Shown one piece after another: positions 1-9,084 of a DNA stretch of 64,000 nucleotides. Location of the stretch: assembly GCA_910584635.1 (NCBI GenBank), contig CAJUBA010000001.1:13224-77223 (forward strand), given 5' to 3'. Position numbers and translations under genes: made by a program. The notes under the pieces were generated by a model. That model was not told where the DNA came from. It did no database searches and saw only the letters and a list, made by a program, of their open reading frames with translations. Position 1 is the first letter of the stretch. Each line of letters opens with the position of its first letter. This stretch comes from an uncultured Christensenella sp. GTDB taxonomy: Bacteria > Bacillota > Clostridia > Christensenellales > UBA3700.

Positions 1-758
1 GTAAGATGTAATTTAGACACCAATAGAGCGGGAAGTATCAGAGAAATAAAAGTCGACATCAGAGATCCGAATATTCTCGTTACGGTAAGCGGCGTCGCGC
101 TTTTGGCGATTTCTTTGGCTTGAGTAGGTTTTGCAATTTTGCCTTTTTTAACAAAATAGAGTATAATTATCAGCGCTATAACAAATACGTCCCCGGCAAG
201 CATGGAAATGGCGTACGCGTATTCCTTTTGTATCGCGAAGACCGCTCCTTCGAGAAGAATTATGGCGAAAAGAATTTTCAATATTTCGTCGACAAGTTCC
301 GTAACAGAGAAAATGCCGAAATATTTTTTGCCCCAAAACCACCCCCTGAGTATTGCGTAAATACAGGTAGTAAGAAGCATGGGAAGCATTATGATAAAGA
401 TCTTAACGCATCTTTCGTCGGCGAAAATGAGATCGAGTATCTGCGGGAATATCAGAATCATAGAAATAATCGTCAAAGTTATCAGTACGCCCGTCAGCAT
501 ACAGGTAGCGACTGCGCCGAATTGACGTTTGTTGTTGCCGATAGTATCGCTTTCGGCGGTAATTCTGGATAGAGTTACTGGAAGCCCAGAACAGCATATA
601 CACGCAAACAGCATGAATACGGACATGCATATTTGATACAGTCCGAGTATTTCCGCTCCCAGTTTTCGGGAAAGATAGATTTTGAATACAAAAGACAGAA
701 GTCTTGTTATGACAGATATAAGAGTTACGGTTGCGAACGCTTTGAATAATTTTCTCAT
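1..758 (-). CDS. MOP-superfamily flippase of the SpoVB / polysaccharide-biosynthesis type; N-terminal ~252 codons only, 3' end lies off-window
   Basis: Absent from the ORF track because no stop is reached before the window edge. Hand translation from the ATG at 758-756 gives MRKLFKAFATVTLISVITRLLSFVFKIYLSRKLGAEILGLYQICMSVFMLFACICCSGLPVTLSRITAE... This matches the conserved SpoVB/MurJ-like N-terminus (LG.E..GLY ... GLPV..S...AE) and is followed by further hydrophobic helices. Confidence 0.7.
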   Translation of the reverse strand, partial: MRKLFKAFATVTLISVITRLLSFVFKIYLSRKLGAEILGLYQICMSVFMLFACICCSGLPVTLSRITAESDTIGNNKRQFGAVATCMLTGVLITLTIISMILIFPQILDLIFADERCVKIFIIMLPMLLTTCIYAILRGWFWGKKYFGIFSVTELVDEILKILFAIILLEGAVFAIQKEYAYAISMLAGDVFVIALIIILYFVKKGKIAKPTQAKEIAKSATPLTVTRIFGSLMSTFISLILPALLVSKLHL

Positions 759-894
759 ACAATATAATATTTGACGCTTGTACAAAATAGAATATTGCAG
801 ACAACATTAAAAAGATTTTACTTTCGACCTATGCAAATCTAAAAATCAAGCGTATGGCGAGTGTTTAGAAAATCAAATTTGAAAGGAGATAATT

Positions 895-1194
895 ATGGAC
901 GGCAGAATTATATACAGAGTGAGCGAGCAGACGACGTTGGAAGAAATCGCGGATAATTTTCACACTACGCCCGCGGCTATTGCAAAACTAAATAAGTTGG
1001 AAAGTCAAGAAGTATTTGTCGGTATGAGATTACTGATAGAACCGCGCGAGGGAGAATATTATATCGTTCAGCCGTTTGATACAATATCAAGCATAGCCAA
1101 AAAATTCGGAGTAAGCGAAGAGGTCATAACGGAATTCAATTCCGACAGAGTATTTATCGGTCAGAAACTTTTTATATGTTGCGACCGCCGTTAA
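895..1194 (+). CDS. LysM peptidoglycan-binding protein with two LysM repeats
   Basis: Two LysM-like units: YRVSEQTTLEEIADNFHTTPAAIAKLNKL...GMRLLI and YIVQPFDTISSIAKKFGVSEEVITEFN...GQKLFI. SD GAAAGGAGA lies 6 nt upstream of the ATG. Confidence 0.8.
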   Translation: MDGRIIYRVSEQTTLEEIADNFHTTPAAIAKLNKLESQEVFVGMRLLIEPREGEYYIVQPFDTISSIAKKFGVSEEVITEFNSDRVFIGQKLFICCDRR

Positions 1195-1285
1195 ATCGAC
1201 GCAAATTTCAATTCTAATTCGTACTTTAATAATAGGATAAATTATAAACGTAAAAAGCGGAAAAACTATACCTATTTACAAATAC

Positions 1286-1314
1286 TTGCATTTATATTTG
1301 ACAAATGCTATAAT
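1286..1314 (+). promoter_or_regulatory. Sigma-A-like promoter for LRR paralog 1
   Basis: TTGCAT, 17 nt, TGcTATAAT (extended -10). Confidence 0.5.
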
Positions 1315-1404
1315 TGTGTTAAGGAAAACAGGGATTTAGACAAAATACGGCTTTTGTTAAAATAGATTTTCCTATTGTTTTTCATACGAGTGGAGGAACA
1401 GATT

Positions 1405-3084
1405 GTGAAGAAAAAAATATTTATAATATTTGCGTTGTTGACAATTGTTTGCGCGTCTTTCGCTACGGTCGCTTGCGATAAAAAAGGCGACGCCGGAGAC
1501 GAATTACCGCCGAGCGGAGATTCTACTGGAAATATATCAAGCGGAGATAACGAGTCGCAAACTCACGTTCACACATATTCAGAACAATGGTCGACGGATG
1601 AAGATAATCATTGGCGCGCGGCTACTTGCGGACATGATACGATAGCAGACAAATCGGCGCATTCTTTTAATAAGATAGATTATCTGTGCGACGTTTGCGG
1701 TTATGACGTTTCAAACGGTTTTACGTACGAAATAAATTCCGACAACAAATCATATTCGGTTACGGGTTTGAGAGAGGACAATGGCGGCGATCGCCTTGTA
1801 ATTCCTTCGGAATATAAGGGAAAACACGTTACTAAAATTGCAGCAGAGGCTTTTTCCGATTGTTCTCATTTGACGACTGTTGTCATTCATTCGGGTATTA
1901 CGGACGTAGGCGCGTCAGCGTTTTCCGACTGCGACGGTTTGACGGGCGTATACGTTAATGACCTTGCAAGTTGGAACAATATAGTTTTTCATGGCTCGTT
2001 CTCAAATCCTTTGGATTACGCGAAAAAACTTTACGTAAACAATGAATTGCTTACAAATTTAACAATACCGGCCGATTTAACTAAAATAAACTGGTTTAAT
2101 TTTCTCGGTTGCGACGATTTGACGGGAATAACGGTCGATCCGAACAACGAGGTTTATAAGAGCGACGGAAACTGTTTGATAGACAGAGAGAGCAATATGT
2201 TGCTTTTAGGTTGCAAAAACAGCGTTATACCTGACTATGTTGAGAGTATAGGTTCTTCGGCGTTTGAAGGATGCAAAGATTTAACGGAAGTGGATATTCC
2301 CGACGGAGTAAAAAGTATAGGATTTTACTCGTTCTATAATTGCAGTAATTTGAAAAGCGTAAATATACCCGATAGCGTAAGCAATATTTCTGACGGCGCT
2401 TTCAAAAATTGCGCCAGCCTTACCGAAATAAGTCTACCGTCCGGTATAAGCAGTATCGGAAGAGAAACTTTTTCGAGATGCAGCAGTCTTACTAGCGTAG
2501 AAATACCTTACGGAGTAACGGATATCGGCGACGCCGCTTTCCTTTTCTGCAAGAGTCTGACTTCCGTTTATATACCGTCAACGGTACGCAATATCGGTTC
2601 TTTAGCGTTTGTCGATTGCAGAATCCTTACAATTTATTGCGAACATTCAAGCGAACAGGAAAATTGGCAAAGCGGATGGAACAACAGTTGCCCGGTGGTT
2701 TGGGATTACAAGAACAGTGATATTGCTGATGACGGAAATATTTATTATCTATCCCAAGACGGATTGAGATACGCTTTGAAAGACGGAGTTGCTACTTTAG
2801 TCAAGCAGTATGAATATCTTAGCGGAGTCAAGACGATACCTGCAACTATAACGTATAAGAACGCAAATTACAGCGTAACAGGCATAGAAAGCGACGCATT
2901 TTTACGCTGTAAAGAGTTGATGGGTATAGTTATACCTCAAAGCGTAACAAGTATAAAACTCCGAGCGTTTAAGGGATGCGATAACCTGACAATTTATTGC
3001 GAAGCGACGGGCAAACCGCAAGGTTGGGACTCTTGGTGGAACGAAGACGACCGTCCTGTAGTTTGGGGATACGTAAACGATTAA
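1405..3084 (+). CDS. BspA-type leucine-rich-repeat (LRR_5-like) surface lipoprotein, paralog 1
   Basis: Start moved to the GTG at 1405, 7 nt after GGAGGA. Signal peptide ends in Cys (FATVAC/DKK). Many ~23-aa units of the form IP.SV..IG..AF..C..L..V.I. Two cap motifs are present: YCE...VVWDYKN and YCEATGKPQGW...VVWGY. An N-terminal His/Cys module is described in findings. Confidence 0.8.
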   Translation: MKKKIFIIFALLTIVCASFATVACDKKGDAGDELPPSGDSTGNISSGDNESQTHVHTYSEQWSTDEDNHWRAATCGHDTIADKSAHSFNKIDYLCDVCGYDVSNGFTYEINSDNKSYSVTGLREDNGGDRLVIPSEYKGKHVTKIAAEAFSDCSHLTTVVIHSGITDVGASAFSDCDGLTGVYVNDLASWNNIVFHGSFSNPLDYAKKLYVNNELLTNLTIPADLTKINWFNFLGCDDLTGITVDPNNEVYKSDGNCLIDRESNMLLLGCKNSVIPDYVESIGSSAFEGCKDLTEVDIPDGVKSIGFYSFYNCSNLKSVNIPDSVSNISDGAFKNCASLTEISLPSGISSIGRETFSRCSSLTSVEIPYGVTDIGDAAFLFCKSLTSVYIPSTVRNIGSLAFVDCRILTIYCEHSSEQENWQSGWNNSCPVVWDYKNSDIADDGNIYYLSQDGLRYALKDGVATLVKQYEYLSGVKTIPATITYKNANYSVTGIESDAFLRCKELMGIVIPQSVTSIKLRAFKGCDNLTIYCEATGKPQGWDSWWNEDDRPVVWGYVND

Positions 3085-3105
3085 GAGTATTATTTGAAAT
3101 AAATA

Positions 3106-3143
3106 GGAATCTCGGCATTAAAATGCGGGATTCTTATTTTTTT
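3106..3143 (+). terminator. Rho-independent terminator of LRR paralog 1
   Basis: GGAATCTCGGCATT / AATGCGGGATTC hairpin followed by TTATTTTTTT. Confidence 0.75.
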
Positions 3144-3630
3144 ATCATTTTAGACTGATTAGAAGAATAATATACGATTCGTTAACAAATTGTTTATAGA
3201 AGATATGAAGCATTGATTGCAAACGTCGAGGATAAGGATTGGTACGATAAATGGCGCGCAAGGTTAGCGGATAAAATAGGACGCGTATTTGAAGTTAATG
3301 TTGACGTTATTTTCGGTCAAATTCAAATGTGGATAAATGAGTTTTGCAAATGTATTTACGTAGCAGACGCGTGCTACTATTGACGGGATAATGGCAATAG
3401 GAATAGTTGAGGAAATCAAATATAGAATGCAGTTCAAAGCAATTGCGAATAAACGCGAGAAACGGAGAAGACTAAACGATAGATGGTTGTATTGCGAATA
3501 TCAGCGATGTTTTGCAAATAGTTATGATATTGTTGCTTAAAGAGTTTTATCTACTGAACAAAAGGAGCGATTACTAATTGGAAGTTGTAGGAGAATCGGA
3601 AAATACCATAAAAGTTTAATCAATTATAAA

Positions 3631-3675
3631 ATCCGTAATAAAATAACCGGCTTATTCAAATCGAGTAAGCCGGTT
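3631..3675 (-). terminator. Rho-independent terminator of the giant surface-protein gene
   Basis: AACCGGCTTA / TAAGCCGGTT 10-bp stem (3645-3675). The T-rich tract on the minus strand is ATTTTATTA. Confidence 0.7.
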
Positions 3676-3699
3676 AAGTTTTATTGTAAATTTTCGGTC

Positions 3700-6600
3700 T
3701 TATCTGCCGAATTGGTCTCTCTTGCTGCTGCCTGAGCCTGACGGTCTGTTATTGGATTTATTGCCCTTAACGAGTTTCTTCTTTCTCTTCGGAGCATATC
3801 TCTTGATGAGGTAGATAACTACTATTACAACTATGATTCCGCTGACTGCGCCAAGCGAGATATAGAGCCACATCATAGGATTTTTTGTTTTAGTTTCCTC
3901 GTCTTGGTCATCTTCGACGGGTTCCGCGTTGGAGTCGTCGGAAGTAAATACTATACGGAAATTGTTGGCTGCTTTATCTTCTTCAGCAAGTGTGCTGTTG
4001 AGCGAGTTGTCAAGGTCTGCTACTTCGCTGTCAGTGAGTTTCTTATAGCGGGTAGCGCCTGCCGGAGCGGGATTTTCGTCGGTGATTTCAACGTAGTTGT
4101 CGCCGTCTTTATAGTAAGCGCCGTTTTCGTCTTCGCCGTATTGATCTTTACGGGCGATAAAGTCTTTCTCGTCAATTTCGTCTACAGAGAAGTTGTCTAC
4201 AAATACGTAACCCGTCATTCGGTAGTCTTCGGAGTTGAATCCAAGTCCAACGCTCAAAGTTGCCGTAGTGGAGGAGATGTCTTCTTCCGCGTAGATATAG
4301 AATGCGAATTCAGTCCATTCTCCGATAGTTTCGTTGCCGTCTTCGTCATAAGTCGAAGTGTTTACAAGTCTTGCTTTATCGTAATCGGTAGAATCGGATT
4401 TCAATCTTCTGCCGAACTCATAGGTCTTATTGTTAGCCTTCAACGTAATCGTTGCGGTAGGCTTGAAATATTCGTCTGTTTCGTCTGTCGAAGCAATTTT
4501 ATAGGTCAATACCCATACGCTAATCTTGTAGTACTTTCCGCCGGATATTGTAGCGGTATTGGAAGTATAAGCGTAAGAAGTGTTGGACTTATTGTATATA
4601 ACAAGAACTCTGTCGCCTATATTCGTCTTATCGTTGTTGAAGATAGCGTTGTAAATCGCCATATCTTCGTCCTTATCGGTGTCGAGATCGAGATCGGAGA
4701 AGTTTGTTTTATTCTTGTCTATTACGCCTTTTACAAGGTCTTCGCTATCGCTTGAAGCGTCTGCGTCAACGAGCGCTCCGTTGAAGTTCTTAGGCGAAGA
4801 AATGCTGTCCGCGCTGTCAACGTCGTCGAAAGAATCTACAAGCCACGATTGAGTAAGGAAACGGAAGTTGTTGTCGTCTTCGGTTTCTACCGCGTTTTCG
4901 AATACTTTAGAATCCACAGCGCTATAAGTCGCGTGAGAGAAGAATACGGTGCTGTCCGCATAAGCGGCGTTTTCAAATCCCGCGTTAAGAGTAAGGTTTA
5001 CGGATACGCTGGATATGCCGGTTTCTACGAAAATAGAATATTCATGCCAAGCGCCGTCGCCTGTGATAACTCCGTATTTATAACGTTCATCGCTTGAAGT
5101 CGCGGTTTTCAAAACGATGCTGAACTGTTGACCTGCGTTTGCTTTTGCCCATACTTTGAATTCATAGAAAGTGTTTGCAGTCAATGAAATATTGTTGGAC
5201 TTAAATCCGAGTACGTCGAGAGTATCGTCTTTCTTTATCGCCAAAACGTTAGGATTCTTGTCAATCGACAAACGTCCTTCCGCGCCGTTGAAGAAATCGG
5301 AAGTATCGTTTATATTCAAAGCGCTTGTTTGCTCGCTGTTGTTAAGATTGAGGATGCCCGCCATATTAGCGTAATTTCCGTCAACGGGTTCGAGAGTTAT
5401 CGCTTTGGAGTTCGTAGACGACCAACCGGTCGGCAAACCGAGTACCGGAGTGTCCGTCCAGTCGTCTCCGAAAAGATTGATAGTAGCGCTGATGTCGGTA
5501 AAGTTGAACATACCGTTACTAGAAACTTCGCTGCTTGCTCCGGAGTCAGCCAAAGAAACTTTATTTGTAACCGTGCTGGAAGTAGCAGAAGAGTAGTTGC
5601 TGTACGCTACTTTTTCCAAATATATGGAAGATACGTATCCGTAACCCATAACGAGAGCGGAGTAATCGCTTCCGTCGCCGCTACCCAAAGAAATGGAGAG
5701 GGCGAGTTTGGTATTTTCAATCTGCGCTCCGAGAACGTAGAAAGTTATCAAAGTGTAATCGTTGAAGCCTTTTACGGATTCAAGGTTTTCGGTATTCAAA
5801 TTAGAGAAATTCGAAACCGAAGTAAATTTCTTTTCGAAATCCTTGCCCTTATAATCTTCATTGTATTTGAGAAGGGCAATATTCAAACCTTTGCTTGCGT
5901 CGACGTCTTTCGTCTTGATATACATGGAAATAGCGTAGGTTTTGTTGGGTTCAATATTCAAAAGTTTTGAAGTATCGATAGCGTTGTCTTCTCCCGGATT
6001 GGTCAAGGTGGACAAAACCGTGGAAGTAGGCAAGTAGTTGTTTATCGCAAGAACGCTGTCGGTGAAAATGTCTGAATTCTCAACATCGACAGGTTTTAGC
6101 GGATTTTCTTTGAAGTACGCGTCTTCGCTGAAATTCTTGGTATCGAGAATCTTGAACGTAGAACGGTCAGCAATGTTGTTCTCGGGATCTTGAATTGCAA
6201 GATCGCCAAGAGCGATAGGCTCCATATTTTCTTCGGAAGTGTAGAGGTCTACCGTCTTTTGAGAATCAGTATCGGTTTTGCTTTCGTAATCCGCTCTGGT
6301 TATCTCGTTAAGAGTAAGGCTGTCGAAAAGCGCGGCGCCCAAAGCGTGGCTGTCTGTGTCGTTTTGACCGCCGAAACCTAGCCACAGTTCAAGATAAAGA
6401 GAAGTAGCACGGAATTGGTTAGCCTTTACGTAGAAAGTGTATTTTGTCCACTCGTCGTTGCTGTCTGCTGTGATGATATATCCGTTGCTGTCTTCGTTGG
6501 TGCCGTTGGTAAGTCTTATCGTAGCGTTGCCTTTTTCAATATAAGTTCTTGCCCAAATGCTTACTTCGTAGAATTTGTTGGTCGCAAAATTCATAGCGAC

Positions 6601-7749
6601 AGAGGAGCGGTAACCAAAAGCGGTTGTCTGCTTATTTTGCATATAAAGCATTCTTGTTCCGACGGACTGTTCGGGAGTCTTTAAGTCTGCGAGAGTTTTG
6701 CCCGCGCTTTGCAATGATTTTGAAAGAGCGGATAACGACGCCGCGCCTTCGCCTTCGAATGCGTTGGTGTCTATTATACCTCTCGAAGTATAAGTCGAAG
6801 AAGTGCTGGAATTTTCACCCGAACCGTAACCCGCTACGAGCGAGTATTTAGAAGGAGTGTAGGGAAGACTCGTCGTGGAAGAAGCAAAATCGAATTCCCC
6901 GTTGGCGATCTTCATAGTATATTTTTTTACGGTGTCGCTAAGTTGCGTTTTATCGTAATCTTCTTTTGTAAAAGGCTTTGCATCCTCGTCCTCTTCGTCT
7001 ACTTCGGAAATCTTTTCAAGTACTACGTTGTCAAAGAAAGCGTAACCCTTGCTCATGTGTCCGCTTGTCTTGGAACCTATACCGTTGGAAAGAACTACGG
7101 AGATAGAACCGCTTGAAAGTTCGGAAGATTCGATATAAAGTTCGTACTTTTTCCATTCTCCGTTGGTATTGATTGCTTCCCAATTTGCTTCCGCCGCGCC
7201 GGTTACGCTGATATAAGCGCCTGCTAGAGGATCGGCATTGTCGCTTCCGAGCATAGTCTTAACGTCTATAGAAAGTCTATAATAACTGTTTGCGTCCAGA
7301 CTGTGCGAAGACGACGTATACTTGTAGGAAGTAGCGGTTTTGTTGTAGATCATAAGGATCTTGTCGTCGTCGAGTTCGTCGTTGTCCTCGCTTGAAGTAC
7401 CTCTGCCCGGAGAATCAATATCGATATCCGAGAATTTTCTTTTCAGGCTTTTCCATGCTGAACTTGCAGTGTTGACGACGCCGCTTCTGAGATTGGAATC
7501 TCCTGACGGAGTAGCGGACGAAGAACTCGAAGAACCTACAGAGCCTGTCCAACCGTTTGGAGATGACAATTCTGAATCGTCGGATGTGCCGCTGAAAGTA
7601 CCGTTTGTAAACAGCAGGCTTGAACTGTCCGCGTCTTCGTCGTTATTGCCGGGCTTCTCGTCGTCGCATGCTACGGCAAACAATGAGAACAAAAGGCAAA
7701 TCGTCAACATCAACGCTGTTAAGATAAAAAGTCTTTTTTTCTTATTCAT
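3700..7749 (-). CDS. Large cell-surface protein with five divergent beta-sandwich (CBM-like) repeats, an N-terminal lipoprotein-type signal and a C-terminal TM anchor
   Basis: 1349-aa ORF. SD AAGGTGG lies 7 nt upstream of the ATG. N-terminus is MNKKKRLFILTALMLTICLLFSLFAVAC/DDE. Five modules share landmark motifs (see findings). C-terminus is MMWLYISLGAVSGIIVVIVVIYLI followed by KRYAPKRKKK. No catalytic motif recognised. Confidence 0.75.
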   Translation of the reverse strand: MNKKKRLFILTALMLTICLLFSLFAVACDDEKPGNNDEDADSSSLLFTNGTFSGTSDDSELSSPNGWTGSVGSSSSSSATPSGDSNLRSGVVNTASSAWKSLKRKFSDIDIDSPGRGTSSEDNDELDDDKILMIYNKTATSYKYTSSSHSLDANSYYRLSIDVKTMLGSDNADPLAGAYISVTGAAEANWEAINTNGEWKKYELYIESSELSSGSISVVLSNGIGSKTSGHMSKGYAFFDNVVLEKISEVDEEDEDAKPFTKEDYDKTQLSDTVKKYTMKIANGEFDFASSTTSLPYTPSKYSLVAGYGSGENSSTSSTYTSRGIIDTNAFEGEGAASLSALSKSLQSAGKTLADLKTPEQSVGTRMLYMQNKQTTAFGYRSSVAMNFATNKFYEVSIWARTYIEKGNATIRLTNGTNEDSNGYIITADSNDEWTKYTFYVKANQFRATSLYLELWLGFGGQNDTDSHALGAALFDSLTLNEITRADYESKTDTDSQKTVDLYTSEENMEPIALGDLAIQDPENNIADRSTFKILDTKNFSEDAYFKENPLKPVDVENSDIFTDSVLAINNYLPTSTVLSTLTNPGEDNAIDTSKLLNIEPNKTYAISMYIKTKDVDASKGLNIALLKYNEDYKGKDFEKKFTSVSNFSNLNTENLESVKGFNDYTLITFYVLGAQIENTKLALSISLGSGDGSDYSALVMGYGYVSSIYLEKVAYSNYSSATSSTVTNKVSLADSGASSEVSSNGMFNFTDISATINLFGDDWTDTPVLGLPTGWSSTNSKAITLEPVDGNYANMAGILNLNNSEQTSALNINDTSDFFNGAEGRLSIDKNPNVLAIKKDDTLDVLGFKSNNISLTANTFYEFKVWAKANAGQQFSIVLKTATSSDERYKYGVITGDGAWHEYSIFVETGISSVSVNLTLNAGFENAAYADSTVFFSHATYSAVDSKVFENAVETEDDNNFRFLTQSWLVDSFDDVDSADSISSPKNFNGALVDADASSDSEDLVKGVIDKNKTNFSDLDLDTDKDEDMAIYNAIFNNDKTNIGDRVLVIYNKSNTSYAYTSNTATISGGKYYKISVWVLTYKIASTDETDEYFKPTATITLKANNKTYEFGRRLKSDSTDYDKARLVNTSTYDEDGNETIGEWTEFAFYIYAEEDISSTTATLSVGLGFNSEDYRMTGYVFVDNFSVDEIDEKDFIARKDQYGEDENGAYYKDGDNYVEITDENPAPAGATRYKKLTDSEVADLDNSLNSTLAEEDKAANNFRIVFTSDDSNAEPVEDDQDEETKTKNPMMWLYISLGAVSGIIVVIVVIYLIKRYAPKRKKKLVKGNKSNNRPSGSGSSKRDQFGR

Positions 7750-8024
7750 TTATGACCACCTTTATATATAATAAAAAATAATCTTATTATATAATTTACA
7801 ATATCTTAGTTATTATATATTATCCTTAGAAAAAAATCAATATAAATAACCTATTTTTTTGTTAAGGCTGCCGCGAAAATTAAAAAACGCTTAAAAATGC
7901 GCTCAAACGACAAGTTCAAACGGCTTTCGTCTTTGCGATAAGTCCGATTAAAAACTTGAAAATTACGCAATATATTTTTATCGAAGTAAATTTGATTAAG
8001 TAAAAGAGCGGAAAAGGAATAAAA

Positions 8025-8510
8025 ATGCAAGCGCAAACTCAAAAAACGAGCGGTAATAAAATAAATGCAAACGGCTTTGACAACCGACCTATATCCAATA
8101 AAAATGCAACCAAAGACAGGCGATTGAGCGACAGATTGTCGCCGACTCTCAAATTTGCGCTGACGGTAGGAGCGTCGCTTTTCGTGGGCGTTGCGAACGG
8201 GCTTTTCGGAGGTGGAGGCGGAATGCTTGTAATACCTATTTTTGCAGTATTGTGCGGACTTGAAGAAAAGATAGCGCATTCAAGCGCGATATTGACGATA
8301 TTGCCGTTGAGTTTGGTAAGCGGAATAATTTACGCGACGCACGGAAATTTCCAGACCCCGCAAGGATTTTATGTTGGCGCGGGAGTAATTGCGGGCGGAC
8401 TTATCGGGACTTTTCTTATGAAAAAGTTTTCAAACAATCTTCTCAGAATTATTTTTTATACGCTTATGATTATAGCAGGCGTTACAATGCTCGTAGGAAA
8501 ATTAAAATAA
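8025..8510 (+). CDS. TauE/SafE (TSUP) family membrane protein, half-size (4-TM) unit 1
   Basis: Contains the GGGGGMLVIPIFAVL motif typical of TauE/SafE (DUF81) and about four hydrophobic helices. The hydrophilic ~50-aa N-terminus leaves the exact start uncertain. Confidence 0.7.
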   Translation: MQAQTQKTSGNKINANGFDNRPISNKNATKDRRLSDRLSPTLKFALTVGASLFVGVANGLFGGGGGMLVIPIFAVLCGLEEKIAHSSAILTILPLSLVSGIIYATHGNFQTPQGFYVGAGVIAGGLIGTFLMKKFSNNLLRIIFYTLMIIAGVTMLVGKLK

Positions 8511-8613
8511 CAGTTAATGATACAACGGTATTTTGACGGTTTGTTATAAACAAACGGCATTATTGTGGGGTCAAAACCGTACATATTAAATCTAAGGGGA
8601 ATAACGGCGAGAA

Positions 8614-9027
8614 ATGGAAATATTTTTTTTGATTTTAGGCGGATTGGTAGGCGGAATAATCGGCGGCATGGGTATGGGCGGAGGCACGCTTTTGATACCG
8701 ATATTGACGATTTTCTTGGGAATAGAGCAGAAAAACGCGCAAGCGATAAACCTTATAGCGTTTATTCCCATGGCTGTTATAGTTACTGCAATAAATATAA
8801 AAAGAAAAGACATAGATTATAAAAGCGTATTCACGGTGGCGATACCGGCGCTCGCAACCAGCGTAGTGTCTTCGTTGTTCGTAGAGAAAATCGACGGAAA
8901 GATACTTTCAATAGGATTTTCGGTATTTCTCATCATTTTAGGTACAATCATGATGATTTCAACTTTGCGCAAATGTATATATGCGTATATGAACAAATGT
9001 AAGGAAGAATATATATTCAACGACTGA
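8614..9027 (+). CDS. TauE/SafE (TSUP) family membrane protein, half-size (4-TM) unit 2
   Basis: Contains GMGMGGGTLLIPILTIFLG, homologous to the motif in the preceding ORF, and about four helices. An in-frame stop at 8602-8604 prevents fusion with the upstream ORF. Confidence 0.7.
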   Translation: MEIFFLILGGLVGGIIGGMGMGGGTLLIPILTIFLGIEQKNAQAINLIAFIPMAVIVTAINIKRKDIDYKSVFTVAIPALATSVVSSLFVEKIDGKILSIGFSVFLIILGTIMMISTLRKCIYAYMNKCKEEYIFND

Positions 9028-9084
9028 ATTTTGCATATTTCGCGTTTTGCTTTCATAAAATATGATTGTAAAATGAGGTGGAAC

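Noticed and set aside
120-807. ORFs 120-572 (+), 148-342 (-) and 403-807 (-) at the left edge.
   Set aside because: All overlap the hand-translated minus-strand SpoVB-like flippase frame (1-758), which has clear family motifs. These ORFs have no recognisable similarity.
3391-3540. 49-codon ATG ORF in the 3.1-3.6 kb spacer.
   Set aside because: There is no SD (GGGA lies only 2 nt from the ATG), no recognisable motif and no neighbouring operon context. It is kept only as part of the spacer finding.
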